DNA from: Anthoceros angustus
Lineage: Eukaryota > Plantae > Anthocerotophyta
Assembly: GCA_010909165.1 (NCBI GenBank)
Contig: VJWM01000182.1
Coordinates: forward strand, 248,001-312,000
Direction: 5' to 3'
DNA length: 64,000 nucleotides
The position numbers and the translations under genes were made by a program. Below are positions 33,735 through 44,955 of this stretch, piece after piece (the stretch's first letter is position 1; the number at the start of each line of letters is the position of its first letter). Under the pieces are notes generated by a model. The model was not told the DNA's origin, did no database searches, and was given only the letters and a program-made list of their open reading frames with translations.

Positions 33735-35528
33735 CATGAGCGCAAGCTATGGCAAAATGCCGTACAAAGCTAAATATCGTACAAAACTCGGCTATGGGCA
33801 AATGCTGTACGAAGTTCAGGCTATGGCGGAGTGCCGTATGAACAAGGGCTATGGCGGAGTGCCGTATGAACAAGGGCTATGGCGGAGTGCCGTACGAAGC
33901 TCGGGTAGAGTCTGCATACAAATTCTTGTCACGTATGCTATAGTTCAATTATGTAGCAGGTGCAATAAAGACAACGACTAGCGTGATGGAGAGCCTGCTG
34001 TGAGAGTTGCACGGATATGCAGTTCGAAACGGCAGTGCAAATAAAGACAATAGTGCAAGTGCAGTGAATCACAAAAGCTAGGCGGAACATAACAAGCTTG
34101 ACTTTGCTGATGGAAGAGGAGCTATACAATGAGAGACTTTCATCTTCGAAACTTGGCCATTTTGTGCAGACTTTGTTTAGTTTTAGATCAGTGCATTCTG
34201 TCATGCACTACCAATGTGGCCAGACATACAATTTTAGCTTGTAGGATATATATACCTTGTTCCACCCGAATTGTATAGTATTGTTATCAACAATTTGTAC
34301 CTAATCCTTTCTTGAATATCCGCTCACACTTGCTCCCCCATCTCTTCCTGTAATATATGAGAAGCAGCCACTCGTAATACATATAACGAAACAAGACAAT
34401 CGAGAAATGAGCAGGGGAAGGGGACAAGATGGCAGCCTACGCCCCGCCATGGCCCCAACGTACCGAATACACCAAGACTTCGCACTCGGCTGGAGCAAGA
34501 GCCTCCCCAAGGCACACAAAGCGCGTCCAATTAATCGAGAAATGTGAAGAAAGGGAAGGGGGGGAGGTCAAGACTTGAGGTCTCACAGCCAAGGACCCAG
34601 GCACCCCCCCCACCGGGAGCAATGTTTAGTTGGCTGGGATTGTCCACCCTTTATGCAGCGCACATAGCGCACCAAGACAATCGAGAAATGAACAAAGGAA
34701 GGGGGCAAGATGGTAGCCTGCGCCTAGGCAGGGCCCCTAACGCACCGAGCACGCCAAGGCTCCAGACCAAGAGCCTTTTCATGGTACGCACAACGCACTA
34801 AGACAATTGAGAAATGTGCAAAGGAGGGGGGCAAGAAGCCTCCAAGGCCCCAACGTACCGCACACGCCAAGAATCCGCACTCGTTAGGGGTAAGAGCCTC
34901 TCCACGGTGCACAAAGCGCATCCAACTAATCGAGAAATGGCGAACAAGAGCTATGACGGAGTGCCGTACGAAGCTCGGGCTATGGGAGAATGCCGTGCGA
35001 AACTCAAGCTATGACGGAGTATCGTACGAAGCTCGGGCAGAGTTTGTGTACAAATTCTTGTCACGTATACATGCTATAGTTCAATTATATAGGAGGTGCA
35101 ATAAAGACAACGACTAGCATGATGGAGAGCCTGATGTGAGAGTTGCATGGATATACAGCTTGAAACGACAGAGCCAGTAAAGACAATAGTGCAAGAGCAA
35201 GCTAGGCAGAACATAATAAGCTTGTCACATAAGCTTGATTTTGCTAATGGAAGAGGAGATATACAATGAGAGACTTCCGTCTTCGGAACTTGGCCATTTT
35301 ATATATGCAGGCTTTGTTTAGTTCTAGATCAGTGCACGACGGAATGCACCACCAATACGGCCAGACATACAATTTTAGCTTGTAGGATATACCTTGTTCC
35401 ACCTGGATTGTATAGCATTGTTATCAACAATTTGTACCTAATCCTTTATTGAATATTTGCTCACACTTTCTCCCCATCTTCTCCTTTAATATATGAGAAG
35501 CAGCCACTTGTAATACAAATAACAAAAT
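33735..35528. repeat. Composite repeat: two roughly 600-bp direct repeats, each headed by a 28-bp minisatellite, flanking four or more 125-150-bp tandem units
   Basis: Block 33735-34392 recurs at 34941-35528. The 28-bp unit gctatggcggagtgccgta(c/t)gaa is repeated 33790-33905. The spacer motif aat(c/t)gagaaatg recurs near 34400, 34533, 34681, 34806 and 34930. Confidence 0.85.
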
Positions 35529-37254
35529 TTCTAAATTATCTTACCAAACATCATACCCTATATCTAGATAATGTGGAAGATAGTTGCGGACGACGGGTGG
35601 GGCCTAGATAATGACACAAGAGGAGAGAAAAAAATAGATGCTCGCTTGGACCCAAAGGGCGATGCAAGTCAGCCGTCTCTCTAATCGCATCATCGACCTT
35701 TTCCCTATCTTTTAGATTTATCATGCACTCCAAAAGCATCTTGGAGGTCTCTTTTTATCTTGTGTTTTAACCACCTCCAAAAGTTCAGCCTGCACATGAA
35801 CTTTTTAAAAAATTATTATTCACAAATATATAGTTTTTCCCTAATTCTTCCTTTGTCTCTCCATTCAACCCAACTAAATAACATCCTTGTCCAAAAATTC
35901 CTCGCTCTTTGCTAAGTCAAGTTGACTAATGAGCGTTTTTAATGTTTACCTTATTGAATTACGTAGAAGCTCGCACTAACTTGGTTTATATCTGAACACA
36001 AATATAGGAAATGTAGATTGTAGAGTCTAGAGCAGATAGGGAACATGACATTTTGATAATATTGTAGGAGTTAGAAGCAACTACAAATTACATGCTTTCC
36101 AAGAATAAAAGATTAATATATTCATGAGTAGCACATGTCCTTGTAGTATAATTGGTGAATAATTTCACATATCACCCGCTTGACCGCGTTGAATCCCAAT
36201 AGCGGTGCGATTCAAAAATTGCACCCTATTTCATTCCTTAGAGAACAAATAATCTTCTTCTTCCATATGCATCTTCTTCTCTCACCCCAACAACATAGAA
36301 TGTAGGACAAGAGGCTCCACACGAGAGCAAGATAAAGGAACAAACATAAACAAAAGCTAAAACTTAAAGTACGGAAAAACTATGATAGCTTCCACAAAAG
36401 TTTTTCGCATAAAGCTAACTTTTTTATCCTCAATTTTGACAAAAATGTAGAGTGGGTTGGCATGTACTGCTGTAAACTTGTGCACAGAAAGGGATCATGA
36501 ACCTAGTTCAACTTGGTCTAGTTCTATAAAAGTACCAATTGACGTGCATAGATAGTCTTAGCCTGACATGGTGCTCAATAGATCCAACGTCACTTCAAAC
36601 TCTGCAAAGAATAAGAGAATCGTCTTCTGCATATTGCTAGTTTGGAGTGCCATAGTTAGGATTCTATAAAGGCTTTACCATGGATGGAATGATATTCCAA
36701 CTAGATTAGAATCCGAGATTAAACAACTTTGGTCGAATTACTTTTGGGAAGAGGTGCCACCCTTCCCTGGTTGTTGTGAAGCCCTTTAGAGCACAATGTT
36801 ATAAGGACTTTCAGTTCCCCCAAGTATTTGATAGATGTATTGCGTTAAAGCAAATATATTGAGGGGCGCTCTATATTGTGAAGCGCTTTGGGCCCCTAGA
36901 TGTATGTTCTGTGATGCGCATCAAAAAGGAAAGGAGATTTGGTGAGCCGTAATGATGTCCTTTCGGGATCTACTGCCGGGAAGCCCTTCAGCCCCTTGAT
37001 ATCTAATCTCTGTTGCGCAGAAGCCCTTTTGATAAAAAAGGCTTCGGCGCATGAGGCCCCTTATTATGAAGCCCCTTTAGGCCCCGAGATATCTGATTGA
37101 TGATGTGTGGAAGCCCTTTTGGGCTCCCTATAGTACAGAAGCCCGCGGGGGTAATCTTTGATATGTGTTGAAGCCCTTGGGATACCACAGACATACGATC
37201 TCTGGTGTGTGAAAGTTCTCTAATATTTACCAAAAAATAGGTTTAGATTTAGGC

Positions 37255-37850
37255 CATATACTACCCTCTCTATGATCGACGGGCACGCCAAGCCCCCTGA
37301 AGATAGTCCTTGTGAAGGCCTTCCGCCCAATATATCTTATCGCTATTGTGCAGAAATCCTTTTGGGGACTCCTACTGTGAAGACCCTGGGGTTCCTTTAG
37401 TTGGTATTTACTAAAAACTGAGGCTCAAAGTTACGGCATGCAATGCCCGCCCTATGATGGGCACGCAGAACCACCTCAATAATTTTGATGTTTTTTTTTT
37501 GGTGAACTCGATCATGGATTTAATTCAGAGTAACCCTACAGGGCTTTTTACAAGGGTCATATACTACTCTCTCTATGATCAACGGGCACGCCAAGCCCCC
37601 TTCAGATAGTCCTTGTGAAGGCCTTCTGCCCAGCATATCTTATCGCTATTGTGCGGAAATCCTTTCGGGACCTCCTAATGTGAAGACCCTGGGTTCCTTT
37701 AGTTGATATTTACCAAAAACTGAGGCTCAAAGTTGCGGCATGCAATGCTCTCCCTATGATGGGCATGCAGAACCACCTAAACGGTTTGGATGTGTTTTTT
37801 ATGGTGAACTCTATCATTGATTTAATTGAGAGTAGCCCTGTAGGGCTTTT
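37255..37850. repeat. 303-bp tandem direct repeat, 2 copies, preceded by a dispersed GAAGCCC motif array (36780-37310)
   Basis: catatactac.ctctctatgatc.acgggcacgccaagcccc...agggctttt at 37255 and 37558. Confidence 0.88.
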
Positions 37851-39292
37851 GACAACGGAAGGCCCTGTAAGGCTGTTTAATCCGAGTCAAGATGCTTGAG
37901 CCTAGAGTTTCAATGGCCCCACGCCCATATGTCATTCCTTCCTGCAGGCAGCAGGACAACCACCTCAAGTGAGTCCTCCCGCCTAGATCATCTAATAAAT
38001 AAAATAATTAAATATTAATAAATAATAGAAATTACGAAATAGAGACGTCATCCATCCGGACTTCCTAGGAACACACCTTGGCATAGTGTTTGTTTGGGTG
38101 GTGCTGGGCGGTGTTTGTTTGGGTGGTGCTGGGTGGTGCTGGGCTGCCATAGCGGTTCGTATAAAGAAAATATGACACGGGGAACATTTAGTTCCTTTAG
38201 AAAGTTTGGAGGGGACAGTGCGACCTGTGTCCCGTCTCCCGTCTGCTGCCATACTATACACTAATATTATACGAAGGCGTACATACAGACCCTATCGTGC
38301 CCGCTTTGTACACCATGCCTGGCAGCTTTATCAAGAACTACCTTAACGTTACGTGGAGCATTATGCTGGGAAAAAAGGAGACGACACGGACGGTGAGTAC
38401 ACACCGCATCCAAATGCATTGAAAAGAGGTAGCGCTGCCGCAAAATCGGAAGGTAAGACGGCATGCCTGGACTCCAAGCACAGAGTTGCGTGCAAGATGG
38501 TAGGAAGTACCTCCTGAATTTTGAATTGCACGGAGTCTACAGGTGCACCGGCAGCAGGTTTCAGCCTCAGCCTCACCTGTAGGTGGCCTGTTCTTTTTCC
38601 TTACCAGAAGCGAGTCGACCCGTTAACGATGATGTTCCCTTACCAGAACGGAGTCGACCGTCGACTGGCTGCCAGTTCACGGCCCCCGAGAGAGAAGCAG
38701 TACTGGCGTCCTGCCCTTATGTTTGGCACGCACAAGGTAGCCTGTTCCCGGGATCACGAGAAGGTTCCATGTCCAGCCACGTCTCTACTGGAGCTTCATG
38801 AATGCCTTTACCTGCTTTCAACGGCGCGCTTCACACAGTCAGCCAGGGCTTTGGGTCACTCGGGCTTACCAGGACGTACCGGGTGCAGGGCAGAGCATTT
38901 AAGACCTCCTTCTGCACATCTCTCGTCTCACCAACACCCCATATGGTCGGTGTCTCGTGCAAATAAGAGCGCATGAAGAAACCCAATACAGCCCACAACC
39001 CAGTCCACACCTCGCTGCTCTCCAGCCCGTTGTGTTCACCTCACTGCGACTCTCTTTTATCCGTTCGCGTGAACCATGACATGCAATCATGATTCTCGCG
39101 CTGCTTGAGCTCCTGCTGCTGCTCGACAGTCCTTGCTCGGATGCCATGGGCAGCAAGCTCTGATACTCCACCGAGATCCATCGCAATGCTGAGCTCCGGA
39201 TCCGGACTCCACGATTTTTTCTAGCGGTCGGCTGCATCTCTGGCATCGGTTGAACGAAGTTCCATCCTAATTCCGACTCCCCGACTCCGACA

Positions 39293-42230
39293 ATGTATCA
39301 CCTGCACGAGGGCGCAAAACACAGTGACGACGGCCATGGGGGGCCCAATAATGCAGAGGGAGAGGAGCGACTGGACGGGGGATGGGGTGAGCCGACGCGG
39401 ACGCGGCCAGGGAACTACAAGGTGAGCTCAAGACCGTGAATGTGCGAGCCTGGAAGTCGATGCCACGAGCTCCTGTAGAGAAAGCCGTGTCCAGTTCAGC
39501 TTTCATCATAACAATGGCTTGCAATCCTGCAATTGCAGTACATGGTGTGCATTCCATTTGTGTTGAAAGCGGTGGTGGTGTGGTGGACGCTCCCGAGCTC
39601 GGCCAATTTTCACGTGGCAGACAACTGGTGCTTTTGCATGTTGCTGCTGGCGCTGGTGCGCTACCTGCATATCCAGGTCTGGACCACGTTCTCTCGCCTT
39701 CATTGCGTCAGGAAAAAATACCTGGTGCACACTCAGGGCATCAACTTCCGGCAAGTCGACCAAGATCACGACTGGTAAATTTCCCTCTCCTTGGACAAGG
39801 TCGGAGAGGAAATTCAATTTGCTGTCGGCGGCCATACTTGCAATTGAGATTGTCACAAGTCATGTCTGACGGACTCCCAATCTCATGGCTTTGAAGGGAC
39901 AACCACATCATACTGGAAGCCCTGATTGCAACCGCGGCTCATGCTTGGCTTCCCAGCTGGAGAAACATGGCGGTCTGGGGAAACTCCACGCAACGCACAT
40001 TGTTCTTTGTGCTGCTCATGCACTGCGGCCCCCTCGAGTTTCTTTACTACCACCTGCACCGCTTGCTGCATTCGAACGCCTTCCTCTTCTCTCGCTTCCA
40101 CGAGCGCCACCATAGGTTCAGCGTCACGGAGTCCTGCACAGGTATGATTTGCCCTGCGCATGCCATTGAGAACTACAAAGCTTTTGCGGCATTCAAGGTC
40201 CGGCGACGTCTGTATCTTATGCTGTGGCACTACGGTGTGGCTTGCAGGAGGAGTGAGGAGCTGGCTGGAGCAGTTGCTGCTCACAGCGCTCAAGGCCCTG
40301 GCCCTGACAGGAAGCTTTGCTGTGGGAGGGCCCTCCCTGCTGGTCCTCTTCTGCTACACCATCACCTTCGACTTCCTCCAGGCCATGGGCCACTGCAATG
40401 TCGAGTTCGTTCCTGCATCGCTTTTCAAACTCTCCCCGCCTCTCAAGTTCTTGCTCTACACTCCATCGTAAGTGACCTACTCCATCCAGCATTTTCGTCA
40501 ATAGCACTCTTGTTAAGGGACATTATTGAGCCACGGACGGGTGCTGCTGAAGGTATCATTCTCTTCATCACGCTAGCCGGAGCACAAACTTCTGCCTCTT
40601 CATGCCTCTCTACGACTATCTTGGAGGCACACGAGACAGCATGACGGACTATCTGCACGCATCCTTGCGAATGGGTTGGTATCTTGTTCACAAAAGTTTG
40701 CAACAGCAGCCTGTTCATGCACTGCTTGACTGTAGAAGTTTCCTGCGTATATGTTGCAGGTCGACCGGACAAGGCTCCAGATTTCGTCTTCTTGGCCCAT
40801 TGCATCGACTTGCTCTCCTCCCCGCACATATCCTTTGTGTTTCGGTCACTGGCTTCGCATCCTTACTCAAGCCGCTGGTATCTGTGGCTGGTCTGGCCCA
40901 TCAGCGTCCTTGCCATGCTTCTTCTCTGGGCTTTCGGACGCACATTTGTGGCTGCCAGCTACATGCTGGACAGCATGAGCATCCAGACCTGGGTTCTTCC
41001 CCGTTACGGATTTCACGTCAGTGCACTCTCACCATTTGAAATCACAGCTTCAATTCATGGATGATTCCACCAGACCAGATCAAGCTGCTCGGAACTTGAG
41101 CTTGAGATTGACGAGAGTAAACCCTAACGTGCAGTACTTCTTGCCTCGCGGAACGAGTGGCATCAACAAGCTCATCGAACAAGCCATCCTGGACGCCGAC
41201 CGACTGGGAGTCAAGGTTCTGAGCCTGGCAGCACTTAACAAGGTTTGCAGTCGAAATTTACCACAGGTCTGTTGACATCACGACCTATGACGTTCGTTTC
41301 ACTCCGATTTTCTGTGCTCGCTGGCAGAATGAGGCGCTCAATGGAGGAGGCACAATCTTCGTCACCAAGCACACAGATTTGAGGGTGCGTGTGGTTCACG
41401 GCAACACCCTCACGGCAGCTGTGGTGGTGCATGCCATCGGCCCGGAGGTCGGGAAAGTTTTTCTCACTGGAGCCACGTCCAAGCTGGGTCGGGCCATCGC
41501 TCTGTACCTGTGCCGGAGGGGTGTCCGAGTGCTGGTAACTAGCTACTGCTTTCATAGACTCAATCACAAGTGCCATCGCCCTCCCTAATGTTCTGCCACA
41601 TGCACTGACACAGATCTCCACTGTGAACAGATGCTCACCAGATCCCAGGAACGGTTCGAGCTTGTAGTGAAGGACGCTCCTCCTGAACGAAGGCACTGCC
41701 TTGTCCAAGTCACGAAGATCCAAGCCGGCCAGAACTGCAAGGTACGGTCTGCATGCGCACATGCTCCACAAGCTTTAGCTACTCTAACACACTTCATGGC
41801 AGACGTGGATCATTGGAAAATGCATGTCGGCCGAAGAGCAAAAGTGGGCTCCGCCAAACACCTACTTCCACCAGTTTGCGGTGCCTGCCGTGAGTGAGAC
41901 GCGGAGGGACTGTTCCTACGGCAAACTGGCAGGCATGCGTCTGCCTCTGAGCCGCATTAAAGGCATGAATGCTTGCGAGGTAAAGTCGACCAACCTCCTG
42001 ATGATTTCGTCTGTTTCGAGGCTGCGGAGTCCCCATCCTGATATCATAACGGTGCTTCTGCTGTTGAATGCCAGCTCACCATGCCCAGGGGTGTGGTGCA
42101 CGCCTGCCATGCCGGTGGTATCATCCATTCATTGGAAGGTTGGCAACACCACGAAGTGGGCAGCATAGATGTGGATCGAATCGACCTTGTGTGGGAGGCT
42201 GCCTTGCGCCATGGCTTCACACCTGCCTAG
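39293..42230 (+). CDS. CER3: CER3/WAX2/GL1-like very-long-chain alkane/wax biosynthesis protein, multi-exon
   Basis: His boxes [18 protein letters not shown]|YHSLHH; [85 protein letters not shown]. The exon 1 start at 39293 is inferred from splice phase. Confidence 0.93.
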
Positions 42231-42537
42231 CCTCCTGGCTTGCACCTCGCATACTTTCTTCGTCCGCTGCACCTAGAGGTTTCCAGATGTGGGTCAAGAT
42301 CCAACACTGCGCGAAGCGAACGTTTGTAAAAATCTGGTTGTTTTTCAAGTCTCACACTGTATTTATGAATACGGCAGCTGGCAAGGCCAGACTCTGCGTC
42401 TCCGACACGGCTCTCTGCTCTGCTCTGCTTTGCTCTACTCTGCTCTGGTCGTGTGCAGGGCTGCTTGCAAGAAATGACCTGAAGACAATTGTGACAAGCA
42501 CTTGGCCCTCGGTTATTGCCAACATACACAAATAACA

Positions 42538-44430
42538 TTATCTCATCACCAACGATCCCAGTTTTTGTCGCATCTTGTATGCTAAGGTGGGTTGTGCACA
42601 CTCAAGAGGGGTTTCTCCTGGAACATCACAGATAGAGACGACATCAATCTGTATGCTAGGAATGTAGCTCAAACGAGCTGGCAACTTGAAACTTTGTCTG
42701 AAGAAAATACCTTGTGCGTTTCTCGCATGAACATTGGCTCCAGCATCCATCAACTCGAAGACAACTTCTGTGAAGTTGAAGACTGCAGCCTGAAAATAGT
42801 AGGCAAGCATCAATCCACTGTCTTTGTCATGACCATGCTCCACCAGATCTCACAAACAAGTCAGAAAGCTTACCAGGTGAAGCAACGACATTCCTTGTCG
42901 ATCTCGGTAATTAGAATCTACACCCTGGCAAGGTACCAAAACACAGAGAGGTTCACTCCCACATAAAAGATCAGAACAGTAAGCCGACATTCCCCAGACC
43001 GTAACGAGAGGCAAAGATAGCTTTCAGATCGGCAGTTGTATTTCAGCTGGACCAAAGCGCACCTGTGCGAGCAAGTCCCTGACAGCATCAATGTCATTAT
43101 TCTTGACAGCTTCCCGCATCCCCTGCAAATTTTTTGTACACACTGTATAAATGAGGTAGGCTTCCTCGTTACAAAAGCCGCTGAAACCAGGCACCCTACC
43201 TCCCCTGAACGGTCGTATGTCCTTGGAGCCTGTTGGTTGTTTGGAAAAGAAGTTTGTGCAGAGCTGAAGAAAAGACTGGAAAATGCGGAACCACGAATAT
43301 CTCACCCCAGGCTCACTACGGCTATGCATTTAACAGCATACAGACTCCAGCAACTCTGAAATTTTCTCATGATCGACAAAAGCGGGCAACTTGATATGTT
43401 TGGGAGATGAACCATTGGAAGCTGGCAGCCTTGGGGGATGTGGGGAAAAGTGTACCTGGGCATGCCTCCAGAGGTTAAATTTGACGACGACTGTTGCCGT
43501 GCTACCAATGGCGAAGACCCAGTCGAAGAGGACACAACTTTCACAGATTTTGCAGTCGGTCCTCCAAATTTGCTAGGGGTGGTAGCCTGCACGATACAGG
43601 GTCTATCTTCACATTTTGATACCTTACAAGCAAGCTCACCCCGAAACGGACAAACTAAAGCAACAAAACACCTTGTTCTAGAACAGGTATTCGAGAAGCT
43701 TCAAAGATCGGGCAAACCTTAGGGACGGCTGGAGCTTCACATATGCATAACGGCATGCCACAGGTGCAATCAAAAGCCGGCAGCTCTGGCACATCCCCGG
43801 GGCCATCATCCTCAGTTGCCAGAGATGAAACCTCTGAAGCTAGGTCTAACCTCACTACAGAGCTTGCTACATCATCAACGGCACGGATGCTACTGTACGT
43901 GGTGGACGAAACGACAGGCCTGGTAAAAAGGACACAGCACATAAATATCATCCTGCCGTGATTAAGAAACCCACCAAACAAACGGTACCAGCCATGGCTG
44001 ATCAAAGCAGCCAGTGCACTTACTGTGTGTAGTTATAGCAGTCATCACAGACTCTGACCGGCGAGTATAACCCAAATTGAGGCAGAGCCTGCAGGAGGAC
44101 AACCAAAAGACATCATCCGTCAGCCAGGACAGCCTTGCACAATAAGGCCATGTTGAAGAGGCATCCAGCTCACCTTGTGATTTGAAGAGTGCTCATTGCA
44201 TAAGCTCTTGCCGCAGCTGCGGCAATGGTGCTACACACAAGAAAGCAGAACCTGAGATGCCAGCTCAAGGCTACACTTCATGAACAAGACAAGATTCAGC
44301 ACTACATGAAACAATTGGAACGCTTGGATGCCGCACGTACCCGACGCTTGAATGTGGTGAAGCTGCAGTCGCAAACAACGCATCTGGCAGCCTCCTGGAA
44401 TGGAGGAGGCTCTAGCAGGGTGTGGCCCAT
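42538..44430 (-). CDS. FYVE zinc finger plus C-terminal ankyrin repeat protein (plant VPS27-like family), multi-exon
   Basis: EPPPFQEAARCVVCDCSFTTFKRR|HHCRSCGKSLCNEHS|ALPQFGLYSPVRVCDDC (FYVE R+HHC+xCG), CTCGMPLCICEAP, GMREAVKNND, AAVFNFTEVVFELMDAGANVHARNAQGETPLECA. Confidence 0.92.
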
Positions 44431-44901
44431 GTTGGAAGGGGGCGGCCGGCCGGCTTCTGCTGTCACACAAGGCTGACGCTGGGCGTTGGACGTGACACAC
44501 CACTCACATTAGGCGACTGTGTGGAAGAATTGGCAAAGCGTAAAATCGCGATCGCACACACACATGCAAGTGGGAACCGGCAGCTCAATCCCATCGACAT
44601 CCCGCGTCAAGTTCCTCGTCAATAACCTACCCCGTTGTACGTTTAGGTGAAACCGTTAAAGCCAGCCGGCCTCGGCGCACACCATGGGAAACGGCGTCTC
44701 CGACTCCCCGCGTCACTTCTCTTACAGACTAGACGACAAGGGAGAACAGCGAAGCGCGATGGCCTGGGATGTGGATGACGATCTCTGCCTCGCGAATTTA
44801 TCTTCCTCCTCTTGTCTGAACCGGCATTCCTGTAGAGGTATACGCAGACGCAGAGGCAGTGCGGTTGTGAGGTAGGATTCTGCGCCGGATCCATGCCTGC
44901 G

Positions 44902-44911
44902 ATTAGGGTTT
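44902..44911 (-). promoter_or_regulatory. Telo-box (AAACCCTAAT) in the divergent promoter between the FYVE-ANK and polyproline genes
   Basis: attagggttt on the + strand, 45 bp upstream of ATG 44956. Confidence 0.4.
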
Positions 44912-44955
44912 CTTTATTCTATGCCAGGAGCAGGGAAAGACAGTAGGCCTCTAGG

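Noticed and set aside
33337-33905. Short regularly spaced repeats as a CRISPR-like array
   Set aside because: Units are contiguous tandem repeats with no unique spacers, there are no cas genes, and the context is eukaryotic.
33735-35528. Classical LTR/TRIM retrotransposon call
   Set aside because: No TG...CA termini, PBS, PPT or target-site duplication seen on either strand; kept only as an unclassified repeat.
634-42230. Apparent fatty-aldehyde/wax cluster (ALDH2 pair, MFP, CER3)
   Set aside because: Spread over 40 kb, in different compartments, with no shared regulatory evidence.
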